Assembly (NCBI GenBank): GCA_963717935.1
Contig: CAVQXP010000004.1
Span: forward strand, 1,536,001-1,600,000
Source: Candidatus Eiseniibacteriota bacterium
Lineage (GTDB): Bacteria > Eisenbacteria > RBG-16-71-46
DNA: 64,000 nucleotides
Direction: 5' to 3'
Positions 40,395 through 49,690 of the stretch are shown piece after piece. Numbering within the stretch: the first letter of the stretch is position 1; each line of letters begins with the position of its first letter. The notes beneath the pieces were generated by a model. It was not told where the DNA came from and did no database searches. It saw nothing but the letters and a program-made list of their open reading frames with translations. The translations under genes and the position numbers were made by a program.

Positions 40395-40971
40395 ATGAGC
40401 ACTGTCCCGGATGCCGCTCCCGCCGTCGCGGGGCCGGAGTCGCGCGCGCCCGTCCGCGCCGCGGCCCCGTACATGAATCCCTACCTCGCCGGCATCGGGC
40501 TCGGGCTCGTGCTGCTGGCCGCCTACGTGGTCATGGGCCGCGGCCTCGGCGCCTCGGGCGCGGTGACCTCGTTCGTCTCCTGGGCCCTGAGCCTGGTGTC
40601 GCCCGCGCACGTGAAGGGCAACGGGTTCTTCGTGGAGTATCTGGAGGGCGGCATCGGCCACCCGCTCAAGACCTGGCTCGTGTTCGAGGTCCTGGGCGTG
40701 CTGGCCGGGCGGCTTCATCTCCGGCGCGCTCGCGGGCCGGCTGTCGCGCACGGTCGAGAAGGGACCGCGCATCTCGGTGGCCGGCCGCCTCGGCTTCGCC
40801 TTCGCCGGCGGCGCGCTCATGGGCATCGGCGCCAAGCTCGCCCGCGGCTGCACCAGCGGCCAGGCACTGAGCGGCGGCGCGGTGCTCAACGCCGGCTCGT
40901 GGGCGTTCATGATGATGGTGTTCGCGGGCGCCTACGCGCTGGCGGGGCTGATGAGGAGGCAGTGGCGATGA
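40395..40971 (+). CDS. YeeE/YedE-family half transporter, frameshift near 40708
   Basis: NPYLAGIGLG, GLGASG; second frame GAKLARGCTSGQALSG. Confidence 0.82.
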
Positions 40972-41573
40972 ACGCGCCCTTCTACAAGTTCGGAGCCTTC
41001 GGTGACGAGGTCTCGCTGGTGTTCGCGTTCGTGATCGGGATCGGGTTCGGCTTCTTCCTCGAGCGCGGCGGATTCGGCAGCGCGCGCAAGCTGACCTCGC
41101 AGTTCTACCTGGACGACCTCGCGGTGTTCAAGGTCATGTTCACCGCCATCGTCACCGCGATGCTGGGCCTGTTCTACCTGTCGTGGCTGGGCCTCCTGGA
41201 CCTGTCCCTGGTGAACCTGGTCACCACCAATCTCTGGCCGCAGATCGTGGGCGGGCTCGTGCTCGGGTTCGGCTTCGTGATCGGCGGTTACTGCCCGGGC
41301 ACCTCGCTGGTGGCCGCGGTGACCGGCCGCATCGACGGCGTGATCTTCATCCTGGGCGTGATGGCCGGCGTGTTCGTGTTCGGCGAGGCGTTCCCGCTGC
41401 TCCGGGGCTTCTACGAATCCGGCGACTTCGGCGAGCTCACCCTGCCGCAGGTCTTCCACCTGCCCTACGGGCTGGTGGTGTTCCTCGTGGTGGTGATGGC
41501 GGTGGGCGGCTTCATGGGTGGCGAGTGGGTGGAGCGCCGCTTCGCCCCGCGCGTGACGGAGCGCCGGCCATGA
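40968..41573 (+). CDS. YeeE/YedE-family half transporter
   Basis: FGFFLERGGFG, VFKVMFTAI and GGYCPGT motifs. Confidence 0.85.
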   Translation: MNAPFYKFGAFGDEVSLVFAFVIGIGFGFFLERGGFGSARKLTSQFYLDDLAVFKVMFTAIVTAMLGLFYLSWLGLLDLSLVNLVTTNLWPQIVGGLVLGFGFVIGGYCPGTSLVAAVTGRIDGVIFILGVMAGVFVFGEAFPLLRGFYESGDFGELTLPQVFHLPYGLVVFLVVVMAVGGFMGGEWVERRFAPRVTERRP

Positions 41574-42229
41574 CCCGCATCCACTGGACCCTGAAGCGCG
41601 CGCTGGCCACGGCCGCGTTGCTGCTGGGCGTGGTCGCGATCGCCGGCAATCCCTACCGCGGGAGCACCGTGCGCATCGACACGCAGGAACTGGCGACCCT
41701 GGTGAGCACCGAGGTCGACCACGTCACGCCCCGCGAACTGGCCGACTGGATCATCCAGGGCCGGACCGACTACCGCCTGATCGACCTGCGCTCCGCGCAG
41801 GACTTCGAGGGCTACCACATCCCGACCGCCGAGAACGTCCCGGTCGCCCTGCTGCCCCGGTACGGCCTCGGGCGGGACGAGCGGATCGTCCTGTACTCCG
41901 AGGGCGGCATCCACTCCGCGCAGGCGTGGTTCCTGCTCAAGGCGCAGCGCTACCCCGGAGCCTACATCCTGCTCGGCGGTCTCGAGGCCTGGAAGGACGA
42001 GGTGCTCTACCCGGTCGTGCCGGCCGCCGCGAGTCCGCAGGAGAACGCCGCCTTCGAGCGCGCGGCCCAGGTGGCGCGCTTCTTCGGCGGCGGCCCGCGC
42101 GCGGCTGACTCCGGCCATCTGATGGCGTTGCCGGCCACTCCGGCGCCGGGCGTCGGGATCGCCCCGCCCAGGGCGCCGGCCGCGGGCGGGCCCGCGGTGC
42201 CGCGCAAGAAGAAGAAGGAAGGCTGCTAG
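41570..42229 (+). CDS. Membrane-anchored or exported rhodanese-like protein
   Basis: Hydrophobic N-terminus; LIDLR...FEGYHIPTA; IVLYSEGG; LGGLEAW; tail KKKKEGC. Confidence 0.82.
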   Translation: MTRIHWTLKRALATAALLLGVVAIAGNPYRGSTVRIDTQELATLVSTEVDHVTPRELADWIIQGRTDYRLIDLRSAQDFEGYHIPTAENVPVALLPRYGLGRDERIVLYSEGGIHSAQAWFLLKAQRYPGAYILLGGLEAWKDEVLYPVVPAAASPQENAAFERAAQVARFFGGGPRAADSGHLMALPATPAPGVGIAPPRAPAAGGPAVPRKKKKEGC

Positions 42230-42233
42230 GGCG

Positions 42234-43712
42234 CTACGTGTCGCCCGCCAGCTCGCGCAGGCGCTCCAGCAGCCGCACCGTGCCCCAGGTGTCGAGTTCG
42301 CAGTAGCGCAGCAGCGCCTTGCGCAGCCGGGCCTTCTCCGCCGCCTCCAGCGTGCCGCCGCGCAGCAGTAGTCGTGACAGTTCGAGCGTCGCGATGCTGC
42401 CGTCCGAGACCTCGAGTTCGTCGTAGCTCAACTCGGGCACCAGCACGGGCAGCACGCTCTTCAGGCTGAAGCTGCCGCCGAAGCCGGGGTGGTAGAGGTG
42501 GTCGCGCACGGCGGGCAGCAGGTCCACGATCCGCGCCTCGATGGCCTGCATCGCGCGGGCCGACTTCGGGCCCAGCGCCGCGCCCAGCCCGCGCAGGCAG
42601 GTCTTCTCGAAGCTCGCGTTGTACGCGACGATGGCCCCGGCGCCGGCGCAGGCCGCGGCCAGCGCCTCCGCGATCGGGGGCCGCGGATCGCCCGGGCCCT
42701 CGGCGAGCCACTCGAAATGCTCGTAGCCGCCGCCGCGCTTCTGCCGGTGGCAACTGAACTGGACCGGGACGTTGTCGTAGGGGTGGCCGCCGTCCCACAC
42801 CGGGATGGCGGGGTTGATGGTCTCGAAGTCGAGGAAGGCCAGCGGCGGCTCGAACTCCTGCAGCGCGTCGCGCAGCGAGGGCTCCACGATCATCTCGTTC
42901 GATACCACCGAGCGGCGCTGGCGCTCGGCCGTCGGGTTGAGGCTCATGCCCGCGGACAGGGCCTGGATGGTGCGGCAGCCGCCGGCCTCGAGGTCCCAGG
43001 CCCTCTTCCCGATGCGGTAGAGCGTGCTGACGTGATGCTCCGGCAGGTCCGCCCAGCAGCGGGAGAGGAAGGGGCAGTCGCGGGGCGAGCTGCAATGCGG
43101 GCCGATGGCGACCCCGGGCAGCGGCCCCTCCAGCATCCGCAGTTGCTCCTGCGCCTGCGCGGGCACGTCGGGCAGCAGGGCCGCGACCTCGCCGGTCACG
43201 TCGTCGCGCACGAACAGGTCGCTCAGGTCCGGGAAGACGCACGCGCGGTTCAGGTGCATGATCTCGACGCTGCGCACCTCGAGCCCCGCCTGTCCCAGGA
43301 CGTGCGCCTGGATGGCGGCGTCCGGCAGGTGCTCGGGCTTGGCGCTGGTGGACGACTTGACCTCGATCAGGCCGAAGCCGCCGCGCAGCCGCTCGAGGAT
43401 GTCCACCGCCACGAACACGCGGCCGGCGAAGAAGGAGGCCTCGTAGATGACCCGGGCCCCGGCCGCCAGCGCCGCGGCCGTGGCCTCGACCTTCGCCTGG
43501 ATCTGCTCGTGGGGGAAGTCGATCAGCATTCCGCCGGGCACGTAGCTGCGCGCCAGTTCCCCGACGTTCGTGCCCTGGTCGAAGATCGCCTGAGTCTGCG
43601 CGTCGGGGACGAGTTCGGGCGCGTCCGGCTCGTGCACGCGCCACCAGAGTTGCCTGTGGCACTGGAGCCCCGCGGTGAAACGGGACTTGGAGAGGCGAAG
43701 GGCGGGGCTCAT
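42234..43712 (-). CDS. DUF2779-type protein: PD-(D/E)xK nuclease-like domain plus RNase H-like domain
   Basis: LSKSRF...QC; VDIL...IEVKSST; CSSPRDCPFLSRC; FLDFET; YNASFE; SFSLK; YCELDT. Confidence 0.78.
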   Translation of the reverse strand: MSPALRLSKSRFTAGLQCHRQLWWRVHEPDAPELVPDAQTQAIFDQGTNVGELARSYVPGGMLIDFPHEQIQAKVEATAAALAAGARVIYEASFFAGRVFVAVDILERLRGGFGLIEVKSSTSAKPEHLPDAAIQAHVLGQAGLEVRSVEIMHLNRACVFPDLSDLFVRDDVTGEVAALLPDVPAQAQEQLRMLEGPLPGVAIGPHCSSPRDCPFLSRCWADLPEHHVSTLYRIGKRAWDLEAGGCRTIQALSAGMSLNPTAERQRRSVVSNEMIVEPSLRDALQEFEPPLAFLDFETINPAIPVWDGGHPYDNVPVQFSCHRQKRGGGYEHFEWLAEGPGDPRPPIAEALAAACAGAGAIVAYNASFEKTCLRGLGAALGPKSARAMQAIEARIVDLLPAVRDHLYHPGFGGSFSLKSVLPVLVPELSYDELEVSDGSIATLELSRLLLRGGTLEAAEKARLRKALLRYCELDTWGTVRLLERLRELAGDT

Positions 43713-43927
43713 GTGGAGTGCGGCCTCCGAGGGGGACAGGTCCGGCGGATGGCGAGTGTAGCGGAACGCGTGCTCCGCCGGGAACGCGAGGAGCCCATCC
43801 TTCCGGGACCGCGACCGGGGCCCCGGCGTCGACGTGACCGGCCTTCTCCGAACCTCGGGCCCGAACGCCGAGCGGCCACCCCGCCGTGGAGGTGGCCGCC
43901 CCGACAGAAGCGTCCCAATCGTCCCCC

Positions 43928-45067
43928 TCACTGCACCAGCGTCACCCGCCGCACCAGGTTCGTGCCCGGGCCGCTGAGCCGCACGAAGTAGAGCCCGGGG
44001 CTGACCGGCGCGCCCGAGCCGCCGGGCCGCCAGGTGACGCTGCCCTCGCCCGAGACCCCGTCCGCCAGCCGCGCCACGCGCGCGCCGCGCACGTCGAACA
44101 CGTCCACGCTCAGCGGGCCGCCGCCGGCGAAGCGCACGGTCAGCACGTCGCGGAACGGCGAGGGGCCCGCGGCCAGGCGGACGCCGGTGTTGGCGACCAC
44201 GGGCGGCACGTCGGCGCTGGAGCCGGGCACGGCCGGGTGTCCGGCGTTCAGCCAGGCGGTGTAGACGTACGAGGCGGTCATCACGCTCGCCGTGTCGAGC
44301 CGCGCCTGGGTCAGGGTGTGCGTGCTGCTCCACAGCGATGCGTAATAGATCGAGTTGTACGATCCGCCCGACGCCGCCTTGGCGACGTTGTCGGCCACGA
44401 GGATGGGGCTTACCTTGGCCCAGGAGGCGGCGATGACGTCGAAGGCCGCGTCCAGCGCGCCCGGGTAATAGAGCGCGGTCATCGCCGGGGTGTGCAGCAG
44501 GGAGAGGTAGGTGGAGAGCATGGTGCTCTCGTAGCGCGAGTGGATCCCGTCGTTGCCGGTGAACTGGCCGTCGTAGTTCTGCGTGCAATGGAGCGGCTGG
44601 TTGGCGTCGCCCACGTAGTGGCAGAGATCGGCGATGGTCAGCGTGGCGGCGCTCCAGTCCTGCGTCTGGAACTGCTGCGTGAGCGTGGTCACGACCTCGT
44701 CGATCGCCCACGGCAGCACGCCGTAGTAGAGCACCGTGGATGCGCCGTAGAGGGCCTCGAGCGTGGCCCGGTCGCGCGGCAGGGTGCCGGCCAGGAACTC
44801 GGGGTACGCGTCGATGTCGATGTAGTGCCGGTAACTCTCCCCGGGCGTGTACGACTTGCGCGTGTCGGCGTCGGTGACGTGCAGGTCCACCACGCTGTCG
44901 TAGGTGCGCAGGCCGTCGATGTAGGCGGGCAGGTGCTGCGAGTAGTTCTGCGCGATGTAGTGGTGGCCTACCGAGCCCCAGGTCCAGCCGGTCGAGGGAA
45001 GGACCGCGCAGAGGAAGGCGGCGAGGACTGCGATGGAGGCGTGCCGCACGCGGTTCGAATCGAGCAT
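43928..45067 (-). CDS. Secreted S1/P1 nuclease / Zn-phospholipase C family protein with FlgD/T9SS-like C-terminal domain
   Basis: Signal peptide then WGSVGH; HYIDID; HYVGDANQPLH; GIHSRYE; C-terminal PSPF...VFDVRGARV...PGLYFVRL. Confidence 0.85.
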   Translation of the reverse strand: MLDSNRVRHASIAVLAAFLCAVLPSTGWTWGSVGHHYIAQNYSQHLPAYIDGLRTYDSVVDLHVTDADTRKSYTPGESYRHYIDIDAYPEFLAGTLPRDRATLEALYGASTVLYYGVLPWAIDEVVTTLTQQFQTQDWSAATLTIADLCHYVGDANQPLHCTQNYDGQFTGNDGIHSRYESTMLSTYLSLLHTPAMTALYYPGALDAAFDVIAASWAKVSPILVADNVAKAASGGSYNSIYYASLWSSTHTLTQARLDTASVMTASYVYTAWLNAGHPAVPGSSADVPPVVANTGVRLAAGPSPFRDVLTVRFAGGGPLSVDVFDVRGARVARLADGVSGEGSVTWRPGGSGAPVSPGLYFVRLSGPGTNLVRRVTLVQ

Positions 45068-45316
45068 GATGTTCCCTTCGCACCGGGATGAGATTCTGGG
45101 TGCCTGTCTGGAGTGCCCTGGGACCGTCAGGAGGATACCACCTTCCGCGCGGGAACTGCCCGGGATCGGGCCGGCGAGGTCCGGCGAAGAGGACCCGGGC
45201 TGCGGGCCGGGGCTCGCGGTCCCGTCCGCTTGCTCGCGAATCCACCGACGCCCTGCGTGTCTCTCACGGTCGAGCCTCGACCGTCCTGCCCCCGACCGAT
45301 CGAAAGGAACCTCCCC

Positions 45317-45715
45317 ATGGAGATGACGATCCGCTTCCCCGGCGGCGCCCGCGTGGACGCCGAGTTCGGGCCCTTCACCGTGAAGACGGACCAGCCGCCC
45401 GGCGGCGGGGGCGAGAGCTCGGCGCCCACGCCGTTCGCGACCTTCCTGGCCTCGCTCGGCACCTGCGCGGGCATCTACGTGCTGGGCTTCTGCCGCCAGC
45501 GCGACCTGCCCACGGAGGGCATCCGGCTCACCCAGCGCCTGAGCGTGGACCGGGCCACGGGCATGGTCGACAAGGTGGAGCTGGACATCCACGTGCCGCC
45601 CGAGTTCCCCGCGAAGTACCACGCGGCCCTGGTCCGCTCGGCCGAGCAGTGCGCGGTGAAGAAGCTGATGGAGTCGCCGCCGCGCTTCGAGATCCGGACG
45701 GTCACGGGGGCTTAG
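45317..45715 (+). CDS. OsmC family protein
   Basis: TDQP.GGGG.APTP, LGTCAG and CAVKK motifs. Confidence 0.85.
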   Translation: MEMTIRFPGGARVDAEFGPFTVKTDQPPGGGGESSAPTPFATFLASLGTCAGIYVLGFCRQRDLPTEGIRLTQRLSVDRATGMVDKVELDIHVPPEFPAKYHAALVRSAEQCAVKKLMESPPRFEIRTVTGA

Positions 45716-45811
45716 GGGCGCATCCCGCGGAGACGAGGCGGCCGCGCGAGGCGGGGCGACCCGCATGGCTGAGCCCGTTGGAGGCCGCAGCGCCTGCCGG
45801 CGGCCTCCGTG

Positions 45812-45840
45812 TTCCATTTTCCCGGCACTCCTCTTAGAAT
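45812..45840 (+). promoter_or_regulatory. Putative sigma70 promoter of the Mo-hydroxylase operon
   Basis: TTCCAT-N17-TAGAAT. Confidence 0.4.
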
Positions 45841-45883
45841 GCTCGGTCACCCACCCAGCGCCTGATTCCGAGAGGAACCCAGC

Positions 45884-46810
45884 ATGATCGAGCAGTTCCA
45901 CCGGCCGGCCACGGTCCGCGAAGCCCTCGCCCTGAAGAAGCGATTCCAGAGCCGGGCGCTCTTCCTCGGGGGCGGGACGTATCTCAACTCGAACGCCTGC
46001 GCCCTGTGCCCCGAGCGGCGCGTCAGCCTCGCGGGCCTCGGACTCGATCGAAGCGAACGGAAGCAGGGCGCCGTGATCACCCGGCCCCTCTGCTCGAGCG
46101 TCTGCGCCCTGCGCCCCGCACATCTCATCAGCCTCGCGGGCCTGGGGCTCGCTCGCGTCGGGGTGAAGCAGGGCGTCGTGACCATCGGGCCCCTCTGCAC
46201 GTTCCAGCGGCTGATCGAGGACCGGAAGGTCCCGGCGGCCCTGAAGGCGGCGGTCTCCCAGGTCGTGCCCCGGAACGTCCGCGAGGCCGCGACTCTCGGC
46301 GGGCATGTGGCCTGCGCTCTGCCGTACAGCGACGTGATCCCCATGCTGGTGGCGCTGGACGCGAAGGTCGGGCTGTCGCGCGCCGGTGCCGCGAAGACGA
46401 TCTCCGTCGCGGACTACGTCGCGAAGCCGCCCTCGGGCCTCATCACGAAGATCGTCCTGCCCCGGCCCCGGGCCGGGCGGGTGGCCGCGTGCCGCAATGC
46501 CCGGGCCTCCGCCAACGCGCGTTCGATCGTCAGCGCGGCGGTCGCCGTGACGGTCGTCCGGGACGCCGTGAGGCACCCGGTCATCGTGCTGGGCGGCCTG
46601 GCGGGCCACGTCGCGAGGCTGACCGCGGTCGAGGAGGCGCTGGACGGCAGGCCCCTGCCCGCGATGGATGAGCTGCAGGCGCTGGCGAGCCGGGCGGTGC
46701 GGCCCGGCGCCGATCTCTCGGGCAGTGCCGCGTTCCGCAGGTACCAGGCCGGGGTGGTCGTGGCGCTGGCGCTGCGGGACGCCCTCGGGCAGAAGCGGGG
46801 CCGGCCATGA
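45884..46810 (+). CDS. FAD-binding subunit of molybdenum hydroxylase (YgfM-like)
   Basis: MIEQFHRPATVREAL, LGGGT, RNVREAATLGG and DLSGSAAFR motifs. Confidence 0.85.
   Translation: MIEQFHRPATVREALALKKRFQSRALFLGGGTYLNSNACALCPERRVSLAGLGLDRSERKQGAVITRPLCSSVCALRPAHLISLAGLGLARVGVKQGVVTIGPLCTFQRLIEDRKVPAALKAAVSQVVPRNVREAATLGGHVACALPYSDVIPMLVALDAKVGLSRAGAAKTISVADYVAKPPSGLITKIVLPRPRAGRVAACRNARASANARSIVSAAVAVTVVRDAVRHPVIVLGGLAGHVARLTAVEEALDGRPLPAMDELQALASRAVRPGADLSGSAAFRRYQAGVVVALALRDALGQKRGRP
45988..46199 (+). repeat. In-frame 105-bp diverged tandem duplication
   Basis: CALCPERRVSLAGLGLDRSERKQGAVITRPLC followed by CALRPAHLISLAGLGLARVGVKQGVVTIGPLC, offset 105 nt. Confidence 0.9.
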
Positions 46811-49690
46811 GGATCTCGGTCAAGGTCAACGGGACGCGCAGGGAGTTCGAGGTCCACCCGGGCGAGCGGGTGCGCGACCTGCTGCGGCGCGAGCACCTCC
46901 TCTCGGTGCGCAACGGCTGCGACGGCCAGGGCAGCTGCGGCGCCTGCTCGATCATCCTCGACGGGCGGACGGTCAACTCCTGCCTGCTGCTGGCGCCGCA
47001 GGTGGACGGCCGGGAGATCCGCACCGTCGAGCACCTGGCGAAGGACCGGGAGCTGTCGGCGATCCAGACGGCGTTCATCGACGCGGGCGTGGTCCAGTGC
47101 GGTTACTGCACGCCGGCGATGCTGCTCGCCACGGAGGCGCTGCTCTCGCGCCACGAGCACCCGACGCGCGAGCAGGTCCGCGACGCCCTCTCGGGGGTCT
47201 TCTGCCGCTGCACCGGCTACGAGCAGTACTTCGCGGCGGTCGAGCTGGCGGCGAAGCGCCGCAAGGACCCGGCGCACGCGGCGGCGAAGGGGCAGGAGTT
47301 CCGCGAGGACCTGCGCATCGTCGGCAAGCCGGCGAAGAAGGTCGACGGCCCGCGGCTGGTGCGCGGCGAGAAGGCCTACGTCGAGGACATGGCCCCGTGC
47401 GACACCTGCCATCTCAAGGTGCTGGGCTCGCCGCACGCGCACGCCTACATCAGGAGCATCGACACGAGCCGGGCCGAGGCGATGCCGGGGGTCGTGCTGG
47501 TGCTGACCCACGAGAACTGCCCGGACGTCTACTACAACACGGCCGGGCAGGGATTCCCCGAGCCCTCGCCCTACGATCGGAAGATGTTCGGCGAGAAGCT
47601 GCTCCACGTCGGCGACCGCGTGGCCGCGGTCGTGGCGGAGACCGTCGAGATCGCCCAGGCGGCCCTGCGCAGGATCAAGGTCGAGTACGAGGTGCTCGAG
47701 CCCGTGCTGTCGATCGAAGCGGCCGCGGCGCCGGGGGCGCCCGTGCTGCACGGCGGCGTGATCGAGTACGTCGCCGGCGCGCCGGCGGATCTCGACAACC
47801 GCGGGGCCGATCCGCGCGACGGCCGGATCATCTACCAGTTCCCCATCCATGGCGATCCGCGCCGCAACCTCGCGGCCAGCGTCACGGGCGGCATCGGCGA
47901 CGTCGCCCGGGGGTTCGCCGAGGCCGAGGTCGTGATCGAGCGCGAGTACGAGACCTCGCAGGTCCAGTGCGCGCCGGTCGAGCCTCACGTCGTCTGCACG
48001 AGGATCGAGGGCGAGCGCCTGGTCATCCACGCCTCCACGCAGGTGCCCTGGCACGTGCGCCGCATCGTGTCGCGGGTCCTGGGCATCAGCGAGAACCAGG
48101 TGCGCGTGATCAAGGAGCGCGTCGGCGGTGGCTTCGGCGCGAAGCAGGACATGGTGCTCGAAGAGGTCGCCGCGTACGCGACCTGGGTGACGGGCCGGTC
48201 GGTGCTCTACCGCTTCACCCGCGAGGAGGAGTTCATCGCCTCCCGCACGCGCCACCCCATGAAGATCAAGGTGGCCCTGGGGGCGAAGCGGGACGGCGGG
48301 CTGACGGCGGTGAAGATGGACGGTCCGCGCCAACACCGGCCCGTACGGGGCGCACTGCCTGACGGTCCCGATGAACGCCTGCTCGAAGAGCCTGCCGCTG
48401 CTGCTCTGCGAGAACGTGCACTTCGACGTGCAGAGCTTCTACACGAACGTGCCGCCGTGCGGGGCCTACCAGGGCTACGGGGCGCCGCAGGGCTCCTACG
48501 CCCTGCAGCTGGCCTGCGCCGAGCTGGCGGATGCGCTCGGCATGGACCCGCTCGCCTTCCTCGAGAAGAACCGGGTCCGCGAGGGCACGATGCTCGAGAT
48601 CCTCAAGTGCCTGGGAGAAGGGCGCGAGGGCACGCCGCAGGAGGTCTCGAGCTGCGGCCTCGGGCCGGCGCTCGAGCAGGGCCGCGCGATGATCGAGTGG
48701 GGCGCGGTGGTGGCGAGCGACGATCCCGACGTGCGGATCGGCAAGGGCGTGGCGATCATCCAGCAGGGCTCCGGGCTGCCGGGCATCGACTCCGCGAACG
48801 CCAGCGTCGCCCTGCTCGGCGACGGCACCTTCATGCTGCTGAGCGGCGGGACCGACATGGGCACGGGCCTCGACACGCTCGTCGTCAAGCTCGTGGCCGA
48901 GTGCCTCTGCACCGGGATCGGCGACGTCTCGCTGATCGTGGCGGACACCGACGTGACGCCCTACGACGACGGCGCGTACGCCTCGAGCGGGACCTTCTTC
49001 TCGGGCAACGCGGCGCTGAACGCGGCGCAGGGGATGAAGCAGAAGCTGCTCGAGACGGCCGCACGGATCCTGGACGAGCCCGCGGAGGGCCTGGGACTCG
49101 TCTTCCCGTCCACGGTGACGGGCGGTTCGCGCCCGGTCTCCTATGCCGAGATCTCGCGCTTCACGGTCTCGGGCACGGGCACGGGGCAGCTCATGACCTC
49201 CGCCTGCTACACGACCGACAAGGCGGCGTTCCCCTACGGCGCGCACTACTGCCAGGTGGCGGTGAACACGCGCACCGGCGCGGTGAAGGTGCAGAAGTAC
49301 TACGCGCTGCAGGACTGCGGCACGCCGATCAACCCCGAGCTCGCGCTCGGGCAGATGTACGGCGGCGTGCTCAAGACCATCGGCCACTCGCTGTTCGAGG
49401 AGATGCTGCTGGACGAGCGGGGGCGGTGCCGCAACGCGAACCTGGTTGAGTACAAGGTCCCGATGATCCACGACCTGCCCGACGACTTCCGCGCGGTGCT
49501 GGTCGAGACCACCGATCCCTTCGGGCCGTACGGCAGCAAGTCGGTGTCGGAGATCGCCTGCAACGGGGCGGCGCCCGCGATCGCGGCGGCGATCCACGAC
49601 GCGACCGGCGTGTGGATGCGCAGCTGGCCGTTCAGCGCCGAGAAGATCCTGCGCGCGCTGGGCCGGCTGGGCGGGGACGCGAAGCGATGA
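46807..49690 (+). CDS. Fused 2Fe-2S + Mo-binding xanthine-dehydrogenase-family subunit (XdhD/YgfN-like), frameshift near 48323
   Basis: CDGQGSCGAC, QCGYCTP, CRCTGY, VGGGFGAKQ, AYQGYGAPQG, AYASSGT and KSVSE motifs. Confidence 0.88.

Noticed and set aside
42234..43712. CRISPR-Cas locus around the Cas4-like domain
   Set aside because: No repeat-spacer array or other cas genes seen
45988..46199. Diversity-generating retroelement TR/VR pair
   Set aside because: Mismatches involve all four bases, not just adenines; no reverse transcriptase in the window
42234..46609. 1003-aa and 893-aa ORFs as large fusion proteins
   Set aside because: Stop-free upstream extensions in GC-rich sequence; recognisable proteins start at 43712 and 45067
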